The notes beneath the pieces are model-generated. The model did no database searches. It was given only the letters and a program-made list of their open reading frames with translations, and was not told the DNA's origin. The position numbers were made by a program, and so were the translations under genes. 64,000 bases of DNA from an uncultured Lachnospiraceae bacterium (lineage in GTDB: Bacteria > Bacillota > Clostridia > Lachnospirales > Lachnospiraceae). Location: NCBI GenBank assembly GCA_910586955.1, contig CAJUMM010000003.1, forward strand, positions 8,553-72,552, written 5' to 3'. This document shows, piece after piece, positions 9,499-17,988 of the stretch; position 1 is the first letter of the stretch; each line of letters starts with the position of its first letter.

Positions 9499-10257
9499 AT
9501 GAAACTGATTTCCTGGAACGTCAACGGACTGCGGGCCTGTGTAGGCAAAAATTTTCTGGAGGATTTTCAGAAACTGGACGCAGATATTTTCTGCCTTCAG
9601 GAAACGAAACTGCAGGAGGGCCAGATCGCTCTTAATCTGCCCGGCTACCACCAATACTGGAATTACGCGGAAAAGAAAGGCTACAGCGGTACTGCCGTCT
9701 TTACCAAACAGGAACCCCTGTCCGTGTCCTGCGGCATAGGCATAGAGGAACATGACCGGGAAGGCCGGGTCATTACCCTGGAATTTGAAGCCTTTTACCT
9801 GGTGACGGTGTATACTCCCAATTCCCAGGACGGCCTTGCCCGCCTAAATTACCGGATGAAATGGGAGGATGACTTCCTGGCCTATATAAAAAGCTTGGAC
9901 GCCAAGAAACCTGTGATCTACTGCGGGGATCTGAATGTAGCCCATGAAGAGATCGATCTGAAAAATCCGAAAACCAACCGGAAAAACGCCGGCTTTACCG
10001 ATGAAGAGCGGGAAAAACTGTCCCAGGTGCTGAAATCCGGCTTTATCGATACCTTCCGGCACTTTTACCCCCATGCGGAAGGCATTTATTCCTGGTGGTC
10101 CTACCGATTCAAAGCCCGGGAGAAAAATGCCGGATGGCGCATCGACTACTTTATCGTATCGGAACGTCTGTCCGGGCAGCTGGAGGACGCAAAGATTCAC
10201 ACGGAAATCTTCGGCTCGGATCACTGTCCGGTAGAACTAACTATCAAAGAAACCTGA
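9499..10257 (+). CDS. xth: Exodeoxyribonuclease III / AP endonuclease
   Basis: [34 protein letters not shown]. Confidence 0.96.
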   Translation: MKLISWNVNGLRACVGKNFLEDFQKLDADIFCLQETKLQEGQIALNLPGYHQYWNYAEKKGYSGTAVFTKQEPLSVSCGIGIEEHDREGRVITLEFEAFYLVTVYTPNSQDGLARLNYRMKWEDDFLAYIKSLDAKKPVIYCGDLNVAHEEIDLKNPKTNRKNAGFTDEEREKLSQVLKSGFIDTFRHFYPHAEGIYSWWSYRFKAREKNAGWRIDYFIVSERLSGQLEDAKIHTEIFGSDHCPVELTIKET

Positions 10258-10264
10258 TAACAGC

Positions 10265-10313
10265 GAAGAGCGTCCCGGATGGAAACTATCGCTTTCCTTC
10301 GGGGCGCTCCCTG
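10265..10313. terminator. Hairpin between convergent xth and DUF815 genes
   Basis: gagcgtcccggatggaaa...tttccttcggggcgctc. Confidence 0.55.
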
Positions 10314-10345
10314 ATTCATCCATACATACGTCACCGCAGTCCGTC

Positions 10346-11653
10346 TCACTGCGCCCTCCCTGCCAGATAATTGATAAACTGCTGCGCCGTCCGTCCGGAA
10401 ATTCCTCCGTGGCTTAACTCCCACTGGCTGGCCTGGGCGCAAAGCTCCTGCCCGGAAAGGGTAATCTCCGGGTAGCGCTTGGCCAGTTCCTTCACAATCT
10501 GAAAATATTCTTTCTGGGAGGGTTTGGAATAGCTGATGGTTACGCCGAAGCGGGCCACCAGGGACAGCTTCTCCTGCATGGTATCTGACCGGTGCATTCC
10601 CTCATCCTGTTCCATATCGCTCCGGTCCCCCCAGGTCTCCCGGATAATATGCCTCCGGTTGGAGGTAGCATAGATCAGCACATTGTCCGGCTTCGTCTCC
10701 ATGCCCCCCTCAATGACAGCTTTGAGAAATTTATACTCGATCTCAAATTCCTCAAAGGAGAGATCATCCATATAAATAATAAAGCGGTAATTCCGGTTCT
10801 TAATCTGGGCAATAATGGCCGATAGATCCCGGAACTGATGCTTGTAAATCTCAATCATCCGCAGGCCCTGATCGTAATACTCATTGAGAATGGCCTTGAT
10901 GCTGGTGGATTTTCCCGTGCCGCTGTCACCGAAGAGAAGCACATTGTTGGCCGGCAGCCCCTTCACAAAGGCTTCCGTATTGTCAATCAGCTTCTTTTTC
11001 TGCAGCTCATAGCCCACCAGATCCGAAAGCATCACCTTATCCGTGTTGTTGATAGGCAGAAATTCCACCCCATCAGGAAGGCTCTTGATGCGGAAAGCCT
11101 TGTTCAGTCCGAACATGCCCACCCCATAAGCCCGGTAAAAGTCCGTGACGATCCGGAAAATTTCCTCCTCGTCCCGGGCCTTCTCAATCTGGGCGCTGAC
11201 TGCCTGGACCTTCTGGCTCACATTCTTATTGTACATCCGCTCTTTCTTTCCGATAGCCCGGTAGCTGCACACCGTGGAAAAGCAGTCAATGCCAAGTTTC
11301 TTTTCAATGGGACCGAAATCAAAGTCAAAGAGATTTTTAAAAATCCGGAAATCCCCCTTGGCAAAGTGGTTGACACTTCCCTCGTTGGCCCCCACCTTCT
11401 CGCTGGTCATGCTGAAAGAATTTTCGTTGGTCAGCAGAAGAAACGTAAGATAATTATGCCACAAATTTTTATCAAAGCCATAGAGGGTAGAGAGATCCAA
11501 AAGCGCTTTGATCTGCTCGTAGATCCGGGTAATCAGTTCCTCCCTGCCCTTTTCTCCCCGTTCAAAATCCTCAAAGATCCGGGAGAGCTTCAAAAGAATG
11601 CTGTCCTCCCCCAAATCCCGGTATAGTACTAATTTCGCCACTTCCTGATACAT
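10346..11653 (-). CDS. DUF815 family AAA+ ATP-binding protein
   Basis: [52 protein letters not shown]. Confidence 0.9.
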   Translation of the reverse strand: MYQEVAKLVLYRDLGEDSILLKLSRIFEDFERGEKGREELITRIYEQIKALLDLSTLYGFDKNLWHNYLTFLLLTNENSFSMTSEKVGANEGSVNHFAKGDFRIFKNLFDFDFGPIEKKLGIDCFSTVCSYRAIGKKERMYNKNVSQKVQAVSAQIEKARDEEEIFRIVTDFYRAYGVGMFGLNKAFRIKSLPDGVEFLPINNTDKVMLSDLVGYELQKKKLIDNTEAFVKGLPANNVLLFGDSGTGKSTSIKAILNEYYDQGLRMIEIYKHQFRDLSAIIAQIKNRNYRFIIYMDDLSFEEFEIEYKFLKAVIEGGMETKPDNVLIYATSNRRHIIRETWGDRSDMEQDEGMHRSDTMQEKLSLVARFGVTISYSKPSQKEYFQIVKELAKRYPEITLSGQELCAQASQWELSHGGISGRTAQQFINYLAGRAQ

Positions 11654-11666
11654 ACTCAAGCCCTCT

Positions 11667-12197
11667 TTATTCGCTGATCTCCAGTCCCGGATCCGGCCGC
11701 TCTCCTTTGCCTTCCGCTACCTCAAAGGAAAGGCAGTGCAGAACCTCGTCCGCAGTACCGTTGAGCTCCGGGGCCCCTGACTGGACCGTCACACCGATCC
11801 GGGTATTCTCAAAATACAGCACCCATTTCAGGTAGCCATCCTCCCCGGCTGCAAGCCTGGCGTATTTCGCCTCTCCCAGTTCACCCAATTCGTCCACGGA
11901 GGACCGGATTTCCTCCAAACGCAGATCCAGAATCTCTTCTGTCACAAAGGTAAGATTCAGAACGGTATCCCCCTCACGGGTATTCACCTTCAGTCCGTTT
12001 TCCTTTGCCTCCATACGGTATTTATAGCCGCTCTCCTCTTCATTCAAAAGGACGCGGACAGATTCCTCATTGTCCAGCTGGAAAAGCTGTCTGCTGAATG
12101 CAGGCTCCTTCTCCTCACAGGCACCAAGCATAGCCGTCAGGACCAATGCTAACGCCAACACTCCAAATTTCTTCTTTTTCTGTTTCCATATTTTCAT
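11667..12197 (-). CDS. Hypothetical lipoprotein
   Basis: Basic N-terminus, hydrophobic stretch and lipobox LGAC; GGAGG RBS before ATG 12197. Confidence 0.7.
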   Translation of the reverse strand: MKIWKQKKKKFGVLALALVLTAMLGACEEKEPAFSRQLFQLDNEESVRVLLNEEESGYKYRMEAKENGLKVNTREGDTVLNLTFVTEEILDLRLEEIRSSVDELGELGEAKYARLAAGEDGYLKWVLYFENTRIGVTVQSGAPELNGTADEVLHCLSFEVAEGKGERPDPGLEISE

Positions 12198-12379
12198 GAT
12201 AGACCTCCAGATTGTAAAAATATTATCCAAAATCTCACATAACCTCTTCTAATATTTATCACTCGCTGTCAATCAACACCTCTTTTCCCCGGAAGGCAGA
12301 CCATGGGCTTTCCGGATTCTCCGGCTTCCCTATCAGTATAGCGGATTTCTTCTTAGATTGCAATTATAACGCATCCCAA

Positions 12380-12410
12380 CAAAAAAATAAACCCGCAAAA
12401 AGCGGGTCTA
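12380..12410 (-). terminator. Terminator of the glycosyltransferase operon
   Basis: Minus strand acccgc-tttt-gcgggt followed by a T-run. Confidence 0.7.
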
Positions 12411-12635
12411 TTTCCTCTTTTTTCTCTTTTTTCCTCCTATACGGAAATGGTGCATAATTCCCAGGGTCAGTGCTCCCGCACACAGAAAATAGCGGAGCAC
12501 TGCAGATGTCCCCATAAAGTTCATAAAAGGATTGTACCAGTCCAGAATCTGGACAATGATAAACGCAATACTGCATATGATACAGAGGTGCGCTGCAATT
12601 TCCCTTATTACCTTGATCAACGTTCTTCCTTTCAT
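12408..12635 (-). CDS. Small two-TM membrane protein
   Basis: 75 aa, two hydrophobic helices (LDWYNPFMNF loop); start overlaps the upstream stop. Confidence 0.7.
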   Translation of the reverse strand: MKGRTLIKVIREIAAHLCIICSIAFIIVQILDWYNPFMNFMGTSAVLRYFLCAGALTLGIMHHFRIGGKKRKKRK

Positions 12636-13642
12636 TACATCCCCTCCGTAATAAAAATACCATCCTGAACCAGATACTCCCCTTGATAATAGGGATGACT
12701 TGCCAAATTGCCCTGCATCATCATCAGGCTTGGTTTTCCCCCGTCCAGATTGTATGCCTTAGCACAGCCAAGCTTCTGGAATATTTCCCCCATTTCCTCC
12801 AGGTACATACCCCTGGCCGTATCCCATTGTCTTCCGTCTACTGTTAGAAAACAGTAATGTCCCGGTTCATAATAGCCGATAGCCGTCCGGGGGTGGGCCT
12901 GCCGGATATAACTGGAGGTGAGAAAATGATCTTTTGCCGTTCCGTCCTCTTCCAGAAGACTGGGGCCGAAAATCCAGCTCTGGTAGGCGCCCCGGGCGAT
13001 CAGTTCCTCCGCAGCCAGATAACCGGCAGGATAAATATCCATGGTTCCGTCCCAGTTCAGAACGCAGGTTTCCACATTCGTATTTTCCGCCCGGTAGATA
13101 ATCCCGTTGCGGATAACCGTCCCTCTGTCCGCATGCATGCCGTTTCCGGAGGAGTCACCGTTAATCACGCACAGGGCATTTACCCGTTTTGACATTTCAC
13201 CCATATCTTCCTCATATCCCACGCCATACATATTCTGCGCAAATGCAGTCTGAAGGCTGGTAATATCAGCTACATAAATATCCGCTACCGTATAGGAAAC
13301 CACGCTTCCATACATGTCGCTGACGCCGGTATCCTCGGTATAATGAGTAATCTCAATGGATACCCCGGGACTCTTGTAGGAGTTCTCTGTGGAAATCACC
13401 GTCTCGGAAAATTTGTCCCGGAACTTTTCTCCCCAGTCCTCCGCAGCCCACACCACATTGGTTCTGCGTCCCACCATACCGTCAGCCTCCACTTCTGCCC
13501 TGGCCCCGTTTATATCCGGCCGGTTAGAAGCCATTGCCTCCGTCCCCTCCCGGGGCAGACGGTAATTTACGATATAAATAACCAGTACCAGCAATGCCGC
13601 TGCCAGAACATCAGCTACAAGTATCAGCCATTTTTTTATCAT
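12635..13642 (-). CDS. Phosphodiester glycosidase (NAGPA/DUF2233) family protein, membrane anchored
   Basis: INGD, FGPSLL, HPRTAIG, TVDGR, AYNLDGG. Confidence 0.88.
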   Translation of the reverse strand: MIKKWLILVADVLAAALLVLVIYIVNYRLPREGTEAMASNRPDINGARAEVEADGMVGRRTNVVWAAEDWGEKFRDKFSETVISTENSYKSPGVSIEITHYTEDTGVSDMYGSVVSYTVADIYVADITSLQTAFAQNMYGVGYEEDMGEMSKRVNALCVINGDSSGNGMHADRGTVIRNGIIYRAENTNVETCVLNWDGTMDIYPAGYLAAEELIARGAYQSWIFGPSLLEEDGTAKDHFLTSSYIRQAHPRTAIGYYEPGHYCFLTVDGRQWDTARGMYLEEMGEIFQKLGCAKAYNLDGGKPSLMMMQGNLASHPYYQGEYLVQDGIFITEGM

Positions 13643-14691
13643 TGTTCTCTCTCCTTCTGCAACGGCCTCTCTGTAAAAATAATCCTTTTCTGCACCCCAT
13701 AGCTAATCAAAAACAGGGTGATCTCTGTAAGTAATTTGGCCGGATAAGGCTAAAGGGAAAACACCTTCCTGTAAAATTCCAGAATCAGGCTGTTAAGGAC
13801 CAGAATTCCCGCTGCCAAAGTCCCATATTCCCCTGCCGTTTTCACGCTCTTCTTTACGTGGAACACATGACGTGTATTCATATGGTAATTGTAATACCCG
13901 CTTACCAGCCTCGCCAGGACATTGGACCACAAAACTCCATGGGGAACGCCGGCCAGCACCTTTGTCCCCAGGCTGAAAAGGATAAAATCCAGAAGGAAAC
14001 TGGATAGAGAAGCCAAAGTAAATTTAAAAATATTTTTATAAATCAAAAAGGAATCCCGGATCACATGAAAATGAGAAGAGGAATTCTCCGCATCCCGGTA
14101 AATGGTCCGGATTTTCACTTCCACTATGGGGATCCTTTCCCTGGCAAGGACCAGCAGTACGTTCGTCTCGTACTCATACCGCTCCCCGGGGATCTCCCGC
14201 ATCTGCCCTATCAGCCCGGGATCAAAAGCCCGGAGCCCTGTCTGAGTATCGGAAACTGCCACCCCTGTCACAAGCCGGAAAATGGTCCGTGTAATCCCGT
14301 TCCCCATCCTTGACTTAAAGGGCATATCCTTCCCCACATTCCGCACCCCCAGCACCAGGGACATTTTGTGCTTTTGGGTTTCCTGAAAGAGCCGGTCCAT
14401 ATCCTCCGGAAGATGCTGCCCGTCTGCGTCCATAATCCCTACCGCATCCACATCCCCAGATTCCTCTTCTATATATGCAAGAGCCGTCTTGATTGCCGCA
14501 CCCTTTCCCCGGTTCTTTTCGTGGCGGAGCACCGTACTCCATCGGCGGGCTTTTTCAAAAACTTCCCTGTAGGCTTCTCCGCTTCCGTCGTCTACCACCA
14601 GAATCTTATGACCCAGTTCCCGCACCTTCTGTACAAGCAGAACCAAAGTCTCATCTGGTTTGTACGCCGGAATCACCACCAGATTCTTCAC
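13639..14691 (-). CDS. GT2 glycosyltransferase-GtrA fusion, interrupted by an in-frame TAG at 13750-13752 (possible truncated allele)
   Basis: VIPAYKPD, VVDDGS, NRGKGAA, DADGQH, DTQTGLR, then GtrA helices. After the TAG the same frame continues PYPAKLLTEITLFLISYGVQKRIIF...EQ to a TGA overlapping the next ATG. Likely start GTG 14691. Confidence 0.85.
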
Positions 14692-14749
14692 CGGAAATTC
14701 CCTCCCTTCCAAGCACTGCAGGCGCCAGGACCGGAAAGCTTTTCCGCAC

Positions 14750-14805
14750 ACAAAAAAACATGCAGAAATCTCCGGCAGATATTCCCTGCCGTTTCGATCT
14801 TTGCA
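14750..14805 (-). terminator. Terminator-like hairpin within the glycosyltransferase 5' leader
   Basis: Minus strand tgcaaagatc..cggcag-ggaatat-ctgccg..gatttctgca followed by tgttttttt. Confidence 0.55.
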
Positions 14806-14854
14806 CGTCTTCCAAAAGCATTCGTCTTTCTTCTCTGTATTCTAGAGCTGGATT

Positions 14855-14911
14855 TTACCCCCCCCCCTGTCTTAAATGGCCTATCACACACAGGCTATAC
14901 GGGTTTCTCAT
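14855..14911 (-). CDS. Putative 18-aa leader peptide MRNPYSLCVIGHLRQGGG containing a G10 tract
   Basis: GGAGGT RBS ~9 nt before ATG 14911; G10 at 14858-14867 directly before TAA. Confidence 0.4.
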   Translation of the reverse strand: MRNPYSLCVIGHLRQGGG

Positions 14912-14945
14912 AAGTATGTTACCTCCACGGTCTAAATTCTTTAAT

Positions 14946-14974
14946 AAGAATATCACACCGGGCAATAATACGCA
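14946..14974 (-). promoter_or_regulatory. Putative promoter of the glycosyltransferase operon
   Basis: Minus strand TTGCGT-N17-TATTCT with extended TGn. Confidence 0.5.
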
Positions 14975-15022
14975 AGAAACAATTCCCCTTTCTTAAGAAA
15001 TTCTGAATTTCCGGAAATCCCC

Positions 15023-15070
15023 TTGACATTTGTATTTCCGGGATTTATTGTATTATTAAAGTAATACAAT
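15023..15070 (+). promoter_or_regulatory. sigmaA promoter overlapped by a palindromic GntR/YtrA-type operator
   Basis: TTGACA-N17-TATTGT; palindrome attgtatta-ttaaag-taatacaat at 15047-15070. Confidence 0.75.
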
Positions 15071-15190
15071 GATATATGCCCTTGCGGCAAAACAGTCTAT
15101 ATACCTCCTTGCAGGAGGGTTCCGGGGAACGTAAAAACTTTTTTACCCCCCCCCTGGAAAAAAATGGACTTTTTTACAAAAGATCAAGCT

Positions 15191-15318
15191 TGGAAACATG
15201 GGCAGATCAAGGAAACACCCTTCGGGTGTACCTCTATGCCCTGGAAAACATGGGCAGATCAGGGAAACACCCTTCGGGTATCCCTTTATGCCCTGAGAAC
15301 ACGGGCAGATCAAGGAAA
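15191..15318 (+). repeat. ~51-52 bp tandem hairpin repeat, about 2.5 copies
   Basis: tggaaacatgggcagatcaaggaaacacccttcgggtgtacctctatgccc at 15191, a variant copy at 15242 and a partial copy at 15294. Confidence 0.88.
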
Positions 15319-15329
15319 GGAGTGACTAT

Positions 15330-15698
15330 ATGGCCTGGATTCTTGATGATTCACGTCCTATTTATCTTCAAATCGTGGATCTCATCAAAACCGAAATCAT
15401 CGCCGGCGTCTACCGGCCCGGCGACAAACTGCCTTCCGTGCGGGATTTGGCGATGGAGGCTTCCGTAAATCCCAATACCATGCAGAAGGCCCTGACGGAA
15501 CTGGAGCGAAGCGGCTTGGTTTACACCCAGCGCACCAACGGAAGATTTATTACGGAGGATATTGCGAAGATGACAGAGATCAAAGAACAGCTAGCGAGAG
15601 AACAAATCCAAAACTTCCTGAAAGCCATGGAACAGCTGGGCTTTACCAAAGAAGAAATCAAGAAGCTTCTGCAGACAGAATTGAGGGAGGAACTGTAA
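15330..15698 (+). CDS. GntR family (YtrA subfamily) transcriptional regulator
   Basis: RPIYLQI, GDKLPSVRDLA, VNPNTMQKA; heads an ABC operon. Confidence 0.92.
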   Translation: MAWILDDSRPIYLQIVDLIKTEIIAGVYRPGDKLPSVRDLAMEASVNPNTMQKALTELERSGLVYTQRTNGRFITEDIAKMTEIKEQLAREQIQNFLKAMEQLGFTKEEIKKLLQTELREEL

Positions 15699-16397
15699 AT
15701 GGAACAACTTTTGACCTGTCAGAACCTGACGAAGCGGTACGGCTACAAGACAGCTCTGGATAGTATCAATCTGAATGTGGAACGGGGCCGTATCATTGGA
15801 CTTCTGGGACCAAATGGGAGCGGAAAGACAACCCTGATCAAACTCATCAACGGCCTGCTCTCTCCCACCTCAGGCTATCTTGCTATCAATGGCTCTGCTC
15901 CCGGGCCGGAAACGAAAAAAGTAGTTTCCTATCTTCCGGAGCGGACCTATTTCAGCAGCTGGATGAAGGTTTCGGATATGCTGGATTTCTTCTGTGATTT
16001 CTATGTGGATTTTGACCGGAACCGGGCAGTGGAAATGCTTCACCGGCTGAACATCGACGAAACCCACCGCTTGGGCACCATGTCCAAAGGCACGAAAGAA
16101 AAGGTCCAGCTGATTATGGTTATGAGCCGGAATGCGGATCTTTACTGCCTGGATGAACCCATTGGAGGCGTGGATCCGGCAGCCCGGGACTATATCCTTC
16201 AGACCATTATCACCAACTACAACGAAAACGCATCGGTACTCATCTCTACCCATCTGATTTCCGACATCGAAAATATCTTGGACGACGTGATTTTCATTCA
16301 GGACGGCCATATCCGCCTCCACGCCTCGGTGGACGAGATCCGGGAACAGGAAGGGAAATCCGTAGATGCGCTGTTCCGGGAGGTGTTCAAATGTTAG
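15699..16397 (+). CDS. ABC transporter ATP-binding protein
   Basis: GPNGSGKTT, MSKG signature, LDEP, ISTH. Confidence 0.93.
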   Translation: MEQLLTCQNLTKRYGYKTALDSINLNVERGRIIGLLGPNGSGKTTLIKLINGLLSPTSGYLAINGSAPGPETKKVVSYLPERTYFSSWMKVSDMLDFFCDFYVDFDRNRAVEMLHRLNIDETHRLGTMSKGTKEKVQLIMVMSRNADLYCLDEPIGGVDPAARDYILQTIITNYNENASVLISTHLISDIENILDDVIFIQDGHIRLHASVDEIREQEGKSVDALFREVFKC

Positions 16398-17248
16398 GAA
16401 AACTTATCAAACACGAATTTAAAGCGGTAAACCGGCTGATGATTCCCATGCACTTAGGGTTAATCCTGGTAACCATCGTCGGGCGTTTCTATGTACAGTT
16501 TGCCATGAACCGATGGCCCAGTTCTGCTGTAGATGGGTTTTACACTTACAATGTCTGGGAGAACTTAATTAACTTTACCCTGGTCTCCTTTTATGTGATT
16601 GCCCTCATCGCCATCTATGCCATCACCCATCTCTACCTGCTGGTCCTGCGGCCCCGGAAAAACTGGTTTACGGATGAGGGATATCTGACCCACACCCTTC
16701 CCGTATCTACGACGGACCATATCTTCAGCAAACTTCTGGTAGCGGTTGTGTGGGAGCTTATCGACGGCTTCATGCTGATCCTCTCGGTTATCGGCATGTT
16801 TGCCAATCAGGACTTCTTTGAAGGCTTGGCGGAACTATGGCCGGAAATGGTGGAATCCTTCCCCTACGTCTTCGGCGTATCGGCAGGAATCGGAATGCCA
16901 CTTTTCCTCCTGATGGCCCTTATGGATTTGCTGAGCAGCATTTTGATCATTTACATGTGCCTGGCTATCGGACACAGCTTTAACAGCCACCGGATCCTGG
17001 CATCTGTAGGCGTCTATGTTGGCGTCTCCATGATCACCAATCTGCTGAGCTCCATATTTACAGCCACATCCGGCATGAATACTTTTGGTTCCAGCATCTC
17101 CATGTTCCTGGTGTCGTCCAGCTTTGCCTCAGCCACCGACTATTTCTGGCGTTCCTTCTGGTTTAACTCCATTCTGTCCGTTGCCTTGGGGGCAGGAGCC
17201 TTCCTGATAGCCAACTATTTTATGTCCAGACAGCTTAATCTGGAATAA
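16391..17248 (+). CDS. ABC-2 type permease
   Basis: MLGKLIKHEFK, DEGYLTHTLPV; six hydrophobic segments. Confidence 0.85.
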   Translation: MLGKLIKHEFKAVNRLMIPMHLGLILVTIVGRFYVQFAMNRWPSSAVDGFYTYNVWENLINFTLVSFYVIALIAIYAITHLYLLVLRPRKNWFTDEGYLTHTLPVSTTDHIFSKLLVAVVWELIDGFMLILSVIGMFANQDFFEGLAELWPEMVESFPYVFGVSAGIGMPLFLLMALMDLLSSILIIYMCLAIGHSFNSHRILASVGVYVGVSMITNLLSSIFTATSGMNTFGSSISMFLVSSSFASATDYFWRSFWFNSILSVALGAGAFLIANYFMSRQLNLE

Positions 17249-17295
17249 GATACGGAAGAAAAATTCATTAAAAATCTGCCTATTTAACGGCATCA

Positions 17296-17338
17296 AAAAG
17301 CGTAAGGAAAAAAGCTATTTTGCTTTTCCTTGCGCTTT
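17296..17338. terminator. Terminator after the GntR-ABC operon
   Basis: aaagcgtaaggaaaa...ttttccttgcgcttt. Confidence 0.7.
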
Positions 17339-17424
17339 GCGATATAATTATATGGTATTTTTATACCTACTCGAAAATGCCTTAACAGATAACATGTCAC
17401 CTCAAACTTTCCCGGCACCCCTTT

Positions 17425-17988
17425 TTACTTCCTCTTCTCCAACAACCCCGCCACAGCTGCGGCTGCCTCCTCTGTTTCTGCGTAGAGATCACAGCTTTCC
17501 TCTCCCACATCCCTTCCAAAAGCACAAACGGGAATTCCCACAGCCCTGGCCGCCGCCAGCACCGGCTCCAGGGCTTCTCCGTGATTGGGCAAGATAGCAA
17601 TCACGTCCGCATCTTCTGCTACCATCTCGTTTACAAACAGCATCTGGAACTCGATTGGGTCCACTTCGCAAAGTACGAAACTTTCTGTCAGACCCGCCGC
17701 TTCCTCCGCATCTTTCCTGGAAACCTCCGGGATCCGCACCTCCAGCCTGGCTCCGGCTGCCTTAGCTTCCTTGCGGAATTGTGAAATAATCTCCTCGTTC
17801 TCAGGGGCATCCTCGCTGGCTAGAATCAGTCCTATCACCGGCTCCTCCGCCTTTACGGCCTGTTCCGCCTCCATAGCCTGTCCCGTATCCTCCTTAACCC
17901 TCCCGGGCTTTTCCCCTGCGCAGCCGCTTAAGCCCAAAAAGATCAGGGACAGGATCAGGAAATATTTTCTCACACTGCATTTCATCAT
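17425..17988 (-). CDS. Lipoprotein with partial periplasmic sugar-binding (type I) domain
   Basis: Lipobox LSGC; DADVIAILP...ARAVGIPVCAF resembles the RbsB-like N-lobe; only 187 aa. Confidence 0.6.
   Translation of the reverse strand: MMKCSVRKYFLILSLIFLGLSGCAGEKPGRVKEDTGQAMEAEQAVKAEEPVIGLILASEDAPENEEIISQFRKEAKAAGARLEVRIPEVSRKDAEEAAGLTESFVLCEVDPIEFQMLFVNEMVAEDADVIAILPNHGEALEPVLAAARAVGIPVCAFGRDVGEESCDLYAETEEAAAAVAGLLEKRK

Noticed and set aside
15076..15468. 130-aa ORF spanning the GntR leader
   Set aside because: It is translated repeat DNA overlapping gntR out of frame, with no RBS.
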